A stretch of 64,000 nt of DNA. It comes from Fimbriosthenelais zetlandica (taxonomy: Eukaryota). Under the pieces are notes generated by a model. The model saw only the letters and a list, made by a program, of their open reading frames with translations, had not been told where the DNA came from and ran no database searches. Position numbers and translations under genes: made by a program. Location of the stretch: the NCBI GenBank assembly GCA_977030845.1, contig OZ365118.1, forward strand, positions 3,100,001 through 3,164,000, written 5' to 3'. This document shows positions 26,801 through 40,746 of this stretch, piece by piece. Numbering within the stretch: position 1 is the stretch's first letter; each line of letters starts with the position of its first letter.

Positions 26801-29800
26801 CTTCCCACTCCTATCTCTTGGACGGCCTGGCGCTGGCGGTTATTTATTTGCAAAGTGGCTTTGACGCTTTAATATCAGGAGAAGGCCCAGGTTGTGCAAT
26901 ATTGTGAAAAACAGGGCGAGTAGTTGTTTACTATAATAGAGGCTGCCTCCAACAGATACCATCTCCTGCTCCTCATATACCATTATTACTCCCCTATGGT
27001 CAGCCTCAAAACACACCTTACATTTCCATATACACAGACTTAAGATTATATCCAAGCTTTACAATTTTCTTGCCCTGCCAAGAAGACCTATAATTTAGAG
27101 ACATAACTATGATGAATCGTCCTTCCCTTATCATGATTCTGACCCAGTGTCAGTTTCGTAACTTTGTTGACATATGCAGATTACCTGTATCCTATTGTAA
27201 TGTTGTGTAACAAAGCTACAAATATGGGTATAATTATTGGGAGTTTCCCTGCTAATTTGTACACTCGGCTTTTATATGTATCGGCATTTCATAGAATGCT
27301 TTTATACATTGCCTTAAGTGTCAGGTATTGTAAGGGAATCAAAATACTGATTACTATTCATTCACCTGAGGCGGAATGATGAAGATAGATTAAAGACTAT
27401 AATTTGAGCTTGAAAATGTCCCATCTATATAGTGGCCTATTATGTAGAGACCCCTGAAGCAGTATAAATATATATGCAGCTGTAATTGAATGGAAAAGGG
27501 GAATGCAGGGGAATGAATCTAAATGCTTAAGGCTTGAAGTCCAATAGTAAAACTTCAATGAAGTGAGTTTCTCTGTTAATCAATGTTCGGAGTTTGAGGT
27601 TTGAGTTTTGCACCTTGTTATACCTGTTGCCACTACACAGTGGGTGGAGGTTTAGGCTGGAGGAGTCGGTGCAGCCAACATGTGGTTAATTGGTGCATGT
27701 CTCAAGTACCCATCATGCCATCTCATCCACCTATACCCACCCATTACCCCCCAAACCTGGCATCCTCCCCACCTCATCTCAATCACTCCATCCTCCTCTA
27801 TTGACTTCACTACTTAAGCTCCCTCTCTCACAGGTGTGAAAGCTGTAGATTTGACAAGGATGATTGGCAATTATACAGGTCGGTTACGTGGCTCTCAGTA
27901 TGGGGCCCCAACCTAACAGGTGCTTTAGAAAGTGAGCTAAATGTAGGTACTTGAGGGCCAACAATAGAGGTAGAAATGTAAGAAACAGACCGCCTTATTC
28001 TTTGTAGTTTGCTCTCATTTACAATGGTGTGGTCAGTTCACAGTTAGAGGGGGATAATGACCTCCCTCCTGACCGGACATTGGTCACTTAGCATTGTATC
28101 ATGAACACTCAAAACCCAGCGACAATTCATGGTGAAATAAGCCCACCTCCACAAGTGTTAATCTGAAATTTTACATCTGCTGCAAATTACCTGTACCTAG
28201 AAAAAGACCATGTTCATTCTTTCCCTCCCACTCAAAAAAACTTCCTGAAAGTACTTCGAGTTCTCTTCTTAATTCTCAAGACATTTTTTGCCTTCCTTCA
28301 ACTCCATTCGTTAAAGCTCGCAACAACAATGCCTTTTAATTGTTCACTTCGATCAGTTGCAATTAGGGAAACCGTAGGGATTGAATACCATTGGCAGTGG
28401 TATGCGCACACAATGTGGCCCCTTTTTTGTCCATCCTTTTCTCTTTCACCACTGATCACATTCCCAGCAGCGCTTGGTAACAGGAACCGGAAGTGCTGAA
28501 TTATCTGGGATTGATCCCAGTTGCGCATGCCCCGGGTCTTAAGGTACCGTTTGCTCCTGACTAACGCCCCTGGTAACATTTTTTTGCTGTCTTCAAATGA
28601 GATATTTGGGAATGGGCAACGATTTGCGCTTGAGGGCTGCATATATAGCTTGGATGTATTGACAATGGATCAGGGTTTGCAAAGAGGGAATGTGTGCAGC
28701 AATTAGGAGGGATGAGTAAGTGGGGGGAGGGTTGATGGGGGAGGAATGGGGCGGGGGAGGGGGAGAGGAGGGGTGGTAGATAATACAAAAGAGGTGTCTC
28801 TGATCCCCATCTGAAGGGGAAAACCTATAATACATGCATAACTTGGATCTGCTAGATTTCCGTGCGTCTCTGTACCGTCGGAGCAATCCTCATTGATCGC
28901 TCTCAGCTTCTGTCATCAATCGATGTACAATCATGAGACATGGGAGATTATCCCACTGGAGGAAGGCGCTTTTTCTCTCTCTTTCCACCCAGGCATTGAT
29001 CTCCAGGGTGTAGGAGTCTGATTACTGAAGCACCCCCCCCCCACCCCCCCTCCTCCCCCCTACCACCCTGGAGGGTGCTTCAACCTTAACCACCAGTCTC
29101 CCTCCTTGTAAAGCGGGATATTTCATTAAAAAATAAGGCAGACAGCTTCCCGGTAGAATCTATTGGGGAATTTTGGCTGTCTCTTTTATGAAAGGCAGGC
29201 CTGAAGCTTCCGGGATGAGGGAAGATGGGCTTGTATTGCAATCGCTTAATTACTGGAGGAGATAACAGAAGCACCTTCCCCTCCATGTGCCCTCTCATAA
29301 TGCACTTCCTTACCATTGTAAGCTCATTGCTACCAGGGTCTTTCTACCACACAGATGCACTGGGTCGCCTTCATGCAAGGGTCTCACCTCCTCCCTATAG
29401 GTCTAATATGTAGGTGGTGGTATGACAAACAAGAATATATCAAAGTGATGATTATTATGGTTATTCGCTATCTCTGGTATGTAAAAACATATGCTGTTTC
29501 TGAACTATGCCAGGAATGGCTCTTTGATCCATATTTTTCCCTGTAGAAATGGAAAAAATAGATTCAATTGAATCAGAATGAAACAATTGAAAGTACAATT
29601 CTATTAATATGTTTATGACAAGCGAATAAGAATCTATTGAAATCTGCGATATGTTTTAGTATGTCTTTGGTATAGATCTATCTAAGACCAATGTGGCATC
29701 TGAAATGCTTTCAGATGGACTAAGGTGGTAAGTAGTTAATACTATGGTAACCAACTTCGTTAATTATACAGCAAACAGATGGTTACTACACTTAAGCCGA

Positions 29801-30794
29801 AGCTAAAGATCTAAGATTCTTTGTAGATACTTTTAAACACAAGTTCTATTCAAGAATTTCTCAAAATGTCCTCTATCAGACAATAGGTCGGTTTCTTCAG
29901 AAGAGAATCTCCAGACTAGAAGCCCAGCTCGTGTGAAGGGAGGCTTTTATCGCCCTCTCGTCAACTATTGGTTACAAGTGCAGCCCTAACACTGTGCCAT
30001 CCGATCTGATACTCAATTGAAATCCCAGTACGCCTGGCTGCTATTGAATATCTAATCTAGAAAGAGGCGAATGGAGGTCCGATTGTAAAGCATTAAGCCC
30101 CACATCCCACACCCAAAACACAGCTATTAAGTATTGCGCAAGCCATTATCTGATGGAAGCCCCTGTATCATTGAGATGGCAATCAAACCGAATTAAAGGA
30201 AATTTAACAGTAGCAGATTTCACCAACTTTTCGCCGCCCTTTTCTATGGGATTTCTCCTTTCAAGGTTTTCCACTCGGTTAAGCCTGAGCTCTTTTGTGA
30301 GGCAGGGAGGCAGACTGGTGATTAGCAGAGTCCGACTCTGTCATTCCTCCCCCGACCTTCCCATATTAATTGCATCGACCCTTAAAAAGCCTTGGATTGT
30401 GTTTCAAGTGCCTCTTTCCCTTCCAGTTTTCAAGTGGCCAATGAAGGATGTATTTCGCTGTGTGGGTGATTTTCCCTTCTAACAATACCTTCTAATTATG
30501 GTCAGGTGCGCCTGGCAGGCTGTAAATCAATCCAATAGGCATACACTCTGCATGTTTTCTCCGCGTAATACACCCAAAAAAACATATCTAGGGAAGGGAG
30601 AGTGAAAAAGAATATAAGCGGAGTCGGTTCTGATAGGGAATTCAGTGAGTGGGAAGCATGAAGGAAAGCCGGGCTGAGACTGAAGCTGTAATTAGGTTTG
30701 TAAAGATTGTAGGATGTTTATTTGCGAGGCGGTAAAACTAGCCTTACCTCTGATGCCAATCCCCAGGCTCAAGTGATACCCTAATCATTTGACC

Positions 30795-30811
30795 TGCCAC
30801 CAGAGGGAGTC
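30795..30811 (+). promoter_or_regulatory. CTCF-like motif (intronic)
   Basis: TGCCACCAGAGGGAGTC, one departure from the core consensus. Confidence 0.42.
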
Positions 30812-33457
30812 TGGCTGCCAGAGCTCAGACACAAGTAGATCCAGCGGGCCTTATTTAAGGCCTACTTCCACTATACGACCATGACAGGAAAGGGCCATAT
30901 TAAAAATGCAATTAAATGCAGTATTAAAAGCATGAGATTTCCAGGGCAAATTTCATCAGCCAAACGAAGTTATTCAATTAAAGCTTTGGGGGCTGTTTAA
31001 GAAATGAGATGCATGCAATTCGGTCATTGACTTCCCATTTACTGAATGTCCTGCATCTTTAATGAAAAGGGCCCCTGGTCACCTAGGGCTGTAAAATCAA
31101 GGATGCATCAATCTGGGTTGGGGTTGGGGACATAGTTTTTATTCTTCTGTGTACAAAATATTTATTATTCATGAAAAGTAAGGCTGAATGTAGTGGACAT
31201 GGGGTGAGCATGCCCCCAGGTCAGCCCCTGTATGGGGGTTGGGTTTATGTGGGTCTGTAGACTGGAGGGATCCTCTCAGTAACCCCGACACCGCCTCTAC
31301 CATGTTGGAAGCCGACCTTAAACTTGTTTCTCCTCTAACTCCGGGACCCAAGTCTCCCAAGGCAAGACAAATTACACCCTGGCGACAGCCTTTTTACCCG
31401 GCTTGAATTCCACTCAGCGCATGTGATACCAGCCGACCATGCATAAACCAAGACCTACTCCTTCTCCTCTCTCTATTCCCTACCTCCATACTGAGCAAAT
31501 GCATTAAAAATACCATCTTATATACCAGTCAATAGAAGGCTGGAGCTTTTATTTAGCGGGCTAAATGATGCAGAACCAGTGGGAAAACAATGCCATAATG
31601 AAAACCCTCCTCCTGATTTACGCCTGGCAATAACTGTTCTTTGTTGAGCCTGGAGGCTTGTTGGGGAGCGGGGCATTTTTTAAGCAGTCATTTGTCTGCC
31701 ACTCGCTCCCATTGCCCATCCTGACAATGTTAAGCACTAGCCAGCGAAAAGCAAGGTTTAATGTGGTCGCCTATTGTGTAGACATACAGTTAATCATATC
31801 TGACGGGCCCGGAATCGATTTATCCTTCTCGTGATAAAACTCCTTTTAATATTCCCTTTCACTCTCAATGCGATAATAGTGTTTTTTCCTCGTGACATAA
31901 AATGAAAATCCCATACGTTCTTTGTTATAGCATATGGCTAATATGCATGGTATTTGAGTTAAACACAAAGTGTTTATGACAAAGGAAACAAAAACCTAGT
32001 TGAGGGTGAATGGGGCTGGCTGGGGAGGTACATGGAGCTGCATGTTGAGCCTCAGTATACATCCATCTATCTCTATACCTACCCTGCCTATACCCGACAT
32101 CCCCATGTAAAACTATAGTCAATATAGCCCCATACTAAAACTATTAATCACTCCCCTCAGCTATACATCAGTTTTAATTGTGCTAGAGGATAGATAAGGC
32201 AGATTCTATTACCCCTCACTCAAGTGAACCATTTAAAATCAATCAATATTTTTGGGGTATGTAACTGGAAATTTCATTATCATTAGCAGGCCTTGATCCA
32301 GTCCCAATGAAGGAGCCAATGCATATATGAAGGAATTAAAGCCTGTCATTGATTTGACCAGTTTGGCATCGCTGGCAACAGTCCAGACTTAAGAAAGGTT
32401 CAGTCAACTTGAGCTGGACTTTCCAGATGGTACCTTTAATTGGCAGGTATGAAGTTGCTATATAAAACTCATAATAGACCAAGGCATTAGGTGGTAATAA
32501 TCCTCCATGATAAGGACCACTTTAAGTCATTTCATTGAGTACATGTATGTGGAGATTACAGTGCTTAAAGTCCACACCTTCACCCTATACAGATGGCTTG
32601 TATTATTAGCCCTAATCCTGGTCTCCACAGAGGTGCATGCCCTCTAGACTTGTATATGAGGGGCGTTAAATTAGACACGGGACCCCTTGACCCAGTCCCT
32701 AAAGCCCTCAACAAGCGTCTGTTATGTACAAAACATCGCCGCGTCTACACTATATGGTGTTCGCATTGTCTCCTAGTCGCCGACCACCCATTGTCAATAC
32801 CCCCCCCCAGGATTTTCTTGATCTCACTCTATTTTACCAGCCTTACATTCACCGTCTAAAGTGTTGCTTAGCAACTTGAGATTAGTTGAGGTCTGGGTGG
32901 TCAAAGGGGTTGATATATAGACTGACCAGTGGTGTGTATACAGTGGCGAGCATTGGTTCAGTGCTCGCCCACCTGTCCCGAGCCTGTCGCCAGGTCCCCA
33001 TAGAGCCAATAGCAGACTATAATAGGCAGGCGACAATAGAGGTATTTGTACACAACACTATCATTGTTAGTAATCCCCTAATCCTCCTATACATCCTGCC
33101 TCTTCCTTCTTCCCCCTACCCCACACACAGCTTCCTCCGCTGGTATTCAGGCCTTTCACTGGCAGATTGCTTTCACTCTCTCCTTATAACAAGTGTAGGA
33201 ATGGTGGTCCGGGGGTCTCTAAGGGAGACACCCCTCCCTGCTCAAAAATGTGAGCAGAAATAGAGGAAGCTATGGTAAGAATATGTTGAGTAAGGACCTT
33301 TTCCACCTCCAACCACACCCCCCTTTCTGTAATCGTCTGAAGGGCCTTCCAAGCCACTCACCTATGGCCCTTCCTTGTATTTACCTATACCACCCAGGCA
33401 CATCCCAACACACAAATCATTTCTCCCTTCATGGGTTGCCTTTCTGCCGATCCCCCA

Positions 33458-33480
33458 CCCCCCCCCCCCCCCCCCCCCCC
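33458..33480. repeat. C23 homopolymer (longest of several poly-C/G tracts)
   Basis: Directly visible. Others: G13 at 7181, C16 at 22012, C18 at 39961, C14 at 40998, G13 at 61499. Confidence 0.9.
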
Positions 33481-36400
33481 GTCCGCGAAACATAACCCGT
33501 CGATAGAAGAATCACCAGTGGCAAGGAAAGTGCGCACGCAGCTGGCCAAGATGATTGGCTTCGCAGCTTCCGTTAGCCGAGCCTGAGGGCATGTTTAACA
33601 TGTATGGCACTGGGTGGCGCTAGTTGAGATCTCCACCCTGCAAGGTTATCATTTCTTGGCTTCAGGGCTTCCACGGGATAGGAGGTCTTCTCCCTGTGTA
33701 TGTGTGAATGTAAATGCCTATACTTATAGCCTTGGTTGGTGGTTAGGTAGAGGTTACCGGGTTGTTGCTAGAGTTGCTGCAGCGACCCACCCTATAGCCC
33801 TCTATCCCTACATCCCCCCCGCCACTTTACAGCACTATTCTATATGCAACACTGCTTGGAGGTGTGAGAGAGGGAGAGAAAGCTATTGATTCAGAGCATC
33901 CTCTCAATATTCTCACCGCGAACATGAATCGCATCTAGGTGTACTGGAAATCCAGCAAACAGACCCATGTAACTAACCAACAATTGCCTCACATCGCCCT
34001 GCATGACTCCAATACCAATGGATCGGAAGAGAAAAACCAACCCAGACCAACCGTTTGAGAGTTGAATGAAATAAATTTCCCATTTGTTGTGTTTTTATAG
34101 ATAGGCTTCCAAATAAAATCACGGGCCATGGAGGGGGAAAGCAATGTTGGAATGATTAATGATGGGAGGAGGGAATGGGAGGGACGCTTTGACTGTTGTT
34201 AATATATGACACTGACTGGTATTTTTACACCAGCACATCTCCTCGTGTAGAAGGTCAGTTGTGGAGGTTTTTGTTTTGCTCTGATTAATAACCAGCACCC
34301 ATGTAAAGCTGCTCCTCTCTCTCACCACTTTTTGCCCTTCTCCACCTTCTCCTGGCGCCCTCCGCTGGAGGAGACATCGGAAGTAGTGGCCTTTAACACG
34401 TGACGTTCACTTCCGCCTTGCCGTTTGCTGCCCAATGGACGAGCAGCCTACAACCAATGATCCCCACCACCAGCAAGACGGACATGCGCTAAAACTAGAC
34501 TTCCCCTGCTCCTGACAAGTGAGGCCCATAATTATTTCATCAAAAGCTTGACTTCCGCTTCTTAAGGTGACCTGTTGAGGAGAAGTGGGGCCCTTTTTAC
34601 CAGTGACAATTTGATAACTTGCTTGCTCTTATTATCGCTCAATGACTGGTGGCGACATGAACGGGCTGAATGGGAAGCAGATCTGGGGTAATGGTAGGAA
34701 GATCTTAGGATAAAAGGGACATGGAGGTGGCAGGGAGGAGGGCTTTCCCAATGTCCTCATCAAGGCTGAAACTCAAGTGAGGGCCTGTCGATCTGTCAGT
34801 GTGATAACCCTGAGACTGGAGAACGTGAGAAGGCCAGTTAAACACAAACGGCTTATACCTGCCATACTACAAATACTGTAGATATCTCAGCCGTGAGACC
34901 TGTAGCCATTCTCAGCCAACATGTCAGAGATAACCAGTGGTTGTGATAATGGTGACAACAATAATTAGGGGGACCGACCCCGCCACACCCCCCTTTTATC
35001 CTTTTCTAAAGCCTATCATCTTGTCCCTCAATGAGGCGTCCATGACTTATCGAAGCATTAAAAGTCAGCTTTTCTAAAGCTTTTCACTCCAGGAGGTTCA
35101 CCTTGGAAACTTTTCCACATTCTCTGTTCATTTCCCCATAAAATTGCAGCACTGTTCTGCTTTGAAACCTCTCCCTAAAAGCATCAATTTTTCATCCAAG
35201 GTAAAGGGCAGAACGTGCGCTGCACACACTCTCCCCGCCTGAGTCTCTCCCCAATTCCTCTACACTACATTATATGTCGGCCCTGCCAGCAACAATAAAA
35301 CATTGCCGCGAAATGGACCATTTTTAGTTGTGGCAAAAGCGGGGTAATACTTTACAGACTGGCTGCATTTGTTGTGATTTACCTTCCTATTTACCATTAA
35401 CATTGCAGGAGAAAGTAAAACAAGATTCCACCCTAGATTATCTGTACAAAGGCAACGAGAAGAAGGCTTTAAAATATGGCATTTACCTCGCCAGCTTGGG
35501 CGCTGGGACGCCAGCCTTACTCGGCTCCTTACATTGCAATCACAGATACAGTAATCACGATGACATTGTACAGTAAACTGAACAAAGCCAGAAACACAAC
35601 CCAGGCTTGAGACGGCCGCTTTATAAGTCTCCCACTATATTACTAGCCCTGAACTTACATCCGCTCTCAAGCTGACTTTGGTGTCTCGGTCAGTGAAAGC
35701 GGAACATCACCGACAAACATTGACTAAGTATCTTTCTGCTATTATATCCCCGACTCTCCGCTCTTTCAAACTGACCACTGTAGGGACCTCTGATAGGGGA
35801 TACTATGATAACATTTGTTGGTCCACTGACAAAGCCCATGGCTCCATTGCTCCAGTGGACTTTACTGCAACTAAGATTACCCATTGTAGGCAATACCAAG
35901 GCCAGCAAGAAGCCAATACAATGTCCACAGATAGCTTAATGAAGTCCTTGCAACCAATCTCCAGCCAAACAGAATATATTGATCCCCATTTAAGCCAAAT
36001 GTCATCGCCTTAGCTGCGACGCGCTGTCCATAAAACGACACGAATAAATGGCGAGGCTGCTCGGAAATAGGCGCCAACTCTTAACTGTGAAAGTGCGAAC
36101 ATGCTCTGAGTCGGAAATGAAAGTGTTTTACATAATATTTGCTGTGAACAGCTTTACTAAGATCGTGTTGCCCATCCTACATGTGGCGTCAGATTGGAAG
36201 GAGCCTGAGTCATGTTCCATTGCTATCAGTGGGGTATATGGACCTAGGGATATAGCGGGCTATCCGGGCATTACTGAGTCTATGATAGAGTATCAGTTGA
36301 TTTCTGCTACATGTATTCAGGCTAGGCTTGCAGACTCATGACACTTCCTCTTATACTTCATACATAAATTCATGCGGTGTTCCGGGGGAATGAAGACCCT

Positions 36401-37127
36401 GGAAAGCAGTGCTCTGCTTGCGTTATCCAGCTGAGTGAGAATGAATATATAGCTTTATCTCGAGATGGAAAGCATCGGACAACCATCCATCATCATTTAT
36501 TCCAGAGGCAAAAAAAAACATGTCTTTACCGACAAACAACTGGTCTACTTTGATATCCATGTGCAGCCTATGTAGCGATTAAGTAATATAAGGTTGCCAT
36601 GGATACACCACCTTTAGCTTTACATACACCTTCTTTGAGTAGAACATTACGTGTTCCTTCCATATACATATAACTTTAGCTTCAACCTTCTCCTGACTTT
36701 CACAATTATATATGTCTCATTGATTCATATGTTTTATAATAAATAAAAGTTTCGGAAACTTTTAAAGATATATCTAAGGGCAGTGAGGGTTATACTAAAA
36801 GTTTTCTTGTAACAACTCGTTGGTTCAAATCCCTGATAAATATAGAATAACAAAAAATAGAAATATGGATGATTTAGATTGGTATTCAGTCATTGCCTCA
36901 GCCTTGTATCTTTTTGCTGACCTTGCTTTTGAAGGCTGTGTATTGCGGCTCAGCGGTGCATGACGTTGAGAGACAACGTCGCCCTTCTTGTCTGGGGGAT
37001 GACCAGAGCTGGCTTTTGTACTGACTATGACCACGTCATGAGCTTGATATGCATACAGGCCTGTGTGCGGGTAGATAACGCCAGCCAGCGGTCACCCAGA
37101 CCATGACCAGGAGAAGAATAAGGAGGC

Positions 37128-37160
37128 GGGTGGCAGGGTGGCACGGGTGGCAGGGTGGCA
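37128..37160 (+). repeat. (GGGTGGCA)x4, canonical G-quadruplex pattern
   Basis: Four GGG runs separated by 5-6 nt loops. Confidence 0.8.
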
Positions 37161-38462
37161 TGGATAACCAAGCGGCATTCTGTATATAAAGGTATCAACC
37201 ATGAAAGATTCACTCCACCTCTATATCAAAAGAAGATCTGCCATCAATTGTTCCACTGAGGACCGACCCATCTCCCGCAGCCCTGGCGGGAGGAGCTGGG
37301 GACAGAGAGTGGCAGGGATGACAGGTAGACAAGAGGTTGGTGGCCGGGCCCGCGCTGTTTGAATATAACATTGTCAGACTTAATCTGGAGATCAGTGGGC
37401 AGGATGGAGGATGGGGGGAGGCAGCGGTGATAGATGGAGGGAGGTGTAGAGGCTGACAGTGTATCCACAGAGCACCAGGTAAACTGATGGATCACTGAGA
37501 CTGCTAGCATCTTATCTTTACTTATAATACCAGGCCAAATGATGAGGCTAGAACATACAATACCTTATAGTTATACCACCTGTAGTCTACCAGACCCCGG
37601 ATCATTACATGTATGTGTAATATAGGCTTAATATGGTGCCTAATGTATACACTAGTTTCACAAGGTTTTGATCTGAAACATGGTTAGGAAGAGCTCATTG
37701 GTTGAGGACCTATTTGCCAATTGGAAATGCAGAATAATGCTTGTACCACTGACCTTCCAAGACGATTCCATTTGACATGATCTGGAGCCATAGACTTAGC
37801 ATAGGGCCCTGTTGAGGTGCTTCCATAAACTCAGTTTAGTTTTGAATGCCAACATTGGAAACCTTCTCAGACATAAATAATAATGAATGTCTGTATAAGG
37901 ATCATTCTAGAGGGTTAGTGTAGGAATGGAGTGATTGGTAGATAGAGGAGTATAAGGTCTTCAGGTGGTAGCCTGGATAGCTCGAGTAACCACTGACACC
38001 ATGGTGGTGCTAGCTCGTGCTGGTTTACATATTGCCTGGCCTTGGTCGGGGCGGCCTCCTCTATTATTGCCTCACACTACTCTATGATTTTCTTGACAGA
38101 CCAGAAGGTAATACTCTCCAGGGAAGACGTCTTATTTATCTAGCTTTGTCACTGAAGTATATCTTCTCAGTCGTGAGTGGCCGACTAGGAGCAAAGAGAA
38201 ATGACTGTGAACGTAAGTGACTCGTTTTACGCCCACACTTGGTGGAGAAATGCAGAATCAGGTTGAAATCAGAACCCAAAGTAGTACAAGGAAGATGTGA
38301 AACTGATCTAATTTGCTGAAAACTCTTTCTTAGAATAGCATTTCTCTTGATGAGCTTAAGGGCCGGAAGAGCCTCTGGTGAAATTCATCATCTGCTCATT
38401 TCTCCATAATGTGGGAAAAAGAAGAATGATGCATGTAAAGTGTGGTGTGTGTGAGGCGGCTG

Positions 38463-38497
38463 CAGCGAGCTGCTCTCACAGCGAGCTGCTCTCACAG
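38463..38497. repeat. 16-bp tandem duplication
   Basis: cagcgagctgctctca x2. Confidence 0.9.
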
Positions 38498-40710
38498 TAC
38501 TGAGACTGAGATGTCAGAACAATACATGAGAGATGTGAGGCCCACTGAAAGAACCTGTTATTGTACAAGGCTGCATAATGCTTACCATAGTCATACAATG
38601 GTGATACAGTGATAATAACAAGCAATGATCATCACTAGATACCACCTGGGTACATATAGAATATACAGAACTGGATTGAGTCAATGCATTTATTATGGTA
38701 AAAAACAATCCGAGTTTTCTTTTATCAATTGAAAAGGGACGCTGTTGCTCGAGCGAATTCCTTTTACATCCCTCTGATGGTCTAGGATTTGAATGCATTA
38801 TTGCCACCTTGATTCTACGATTCGATACAAATGTTATCTAGCCTTATAAAGTTTCCAAGGAAACATTAGCGAGATTCTTAAAGGAGTTTCAAGATCAATA
38901 AATGCAAGCTCAGCATTTTCTCATTCAGTTCATCCGTTTAAGAGTTGCGGAAAATCATTGAGAATACTGCAAAGACAATTACGGATATTTTACTGAATCA
39001 TTAACATTGAAATGAGTCCTCAAGGGCAAGGGGGGAATCAGGAGTCCTCATTCGCCATTGTCACAGCATTTTTCATTTCCGAGGAATATTGGGAAATGCA
39101 TTACATCCATTTTTGAAATAACCTGAGGAGGAAAATAGTTTCTCGTATCGGGTTCAAGATTTGCACCTTGGCGGTAGTGACTTTCACAGAGATTGCAGGT
39201 CATGGATTATGCGGGAAAAGGTTGATAGTTTTGGGGAACAGCATAACGGTGACATTTTCTTACATTTAGTTATTTTTTATCATCAAAAGGTCTCATGAAA
39301 CAATACTAAATATTGTTTGTTTGTACCTACATTTTTAGTGTGAAACATGAACATTGTGCAGATTTACCATCCTGTGAATTCCTCAGGGATGCTTTGTTCT
39401 TGAGTGAAAATGTCACATGTTTAGTCCTCTAAAGACCCGACTTAACACCCATTAAATGGATGTCTGTTTAAGTTGCTGTTGTACTCATGACTTTTATAGT
39501 AATCTCGCTGATATGAGCTGCCTATAAAGAGGGTTTGTTCATCACTTGTTTTATGTTAGATTTTAACATTGTGTAAATCCCAGTCTTGATGAGTGTGAGT
39601 CATTCATGCCTTTATCAGCTTCATGCTGCTCGGCTCATGTATAAGGAATGTTTCTGTTTATGACACGGCCTAATGCCTGCTATCTGTGATAGTGAATGGT
39701 ATAAAGTATAGCCTGGCTCCTGCTCTTCCATCAAATCCGTACTTGTGACATGAGGGAGAAAGCGCGTCGAGGGACGCTTTTCGACCAGATTGTCTCCCAT
39801 CGCCTACAAATGTGGCCGGTGTCTGTGTGGCCTAAGCCGTCCATATATCTGCCAACTCCTCTCTTCAAAGTGTCGCTCAACATGAAAAAGGACCGATCTA
39901 TCGATTGATTCCAGCAAGGTCGGGCACCAGGGTGCAGGGTGCCCCAGTGGACCCCCCACACCCCCCCCCCCCCCCCCCGCCCCTCCCCCTCCCACCATTG
40001 CCCGTGACAGATGGGCGAGGGCTTCTTTTCAACACTCGGATCATAACCTTAGCTTTCCTTAGACGCTGACAACTACAGCCCATCGATCGGCACCTTACAA
40101 AAAAAGAAAGCAAATCCCCATTTCTTCTCTTGAGTAGATATTGAGTGAGCTACTCGCTGCTTCATACAGAGTACATATGGGAATATAGAGACCTAGAGAG
40201 CAGCTCACCTATAGAACATGCCTCTCTATGTCCAAATCTTATGGGTGCCAGGAAATAGATGGTGAAAATGGTAAATGACAGCCGGAGTGACCTGAACAGG
40301 GGCACAATTATATGTCCAACACTCAGGACAAATCCCAATGAGGGCCCTTAGTCATATTACCTTTTAAAGGTATTATGATTGGCCGTCATACTAGGTCAAA
40401 TGTTGGAGCAAGTGCAAGGCCACCAGCTGTCAGGGCAATTGCCTTTTCTTTCTTCTCAAGGCCGGCTCAGAAATATTCACACCATTGGTAGGAAGAATGC
40501 CAATGACAAGCGATGGTTTTTTTTCTTCCAATTGCATTTAGGGTTTTTTCTCTCTTCCGTGCCTCCTGGATTTGGTTGAGGTTGAGGCAATTGTTCACCT
40601 CAATTATGGAAGTGCTGGCACACAAAGAGGTCCGAGGTGTGAGGGGAGGAGGATTGAGAAAAGAGAAGGACAAGAGGGAGTGAGAGATTTAAATGGCTAC
40701 TACAGTATAG

Positions 40711-40746
40711 ATGGATAGAAATGAAAAATGGATAGAAATGAAAATG
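40711..40746. repeat. 17-bp tandem duplication
   Basis: atggatagaaatgaaaa x2. Confidence 0.85.

Noticed and set aside
17082-37993. Shared 12-mer ctcgagtaacca at ~17082 and ~37982
   Set aside because: Matches of this length are expected by chance in 64 kb.
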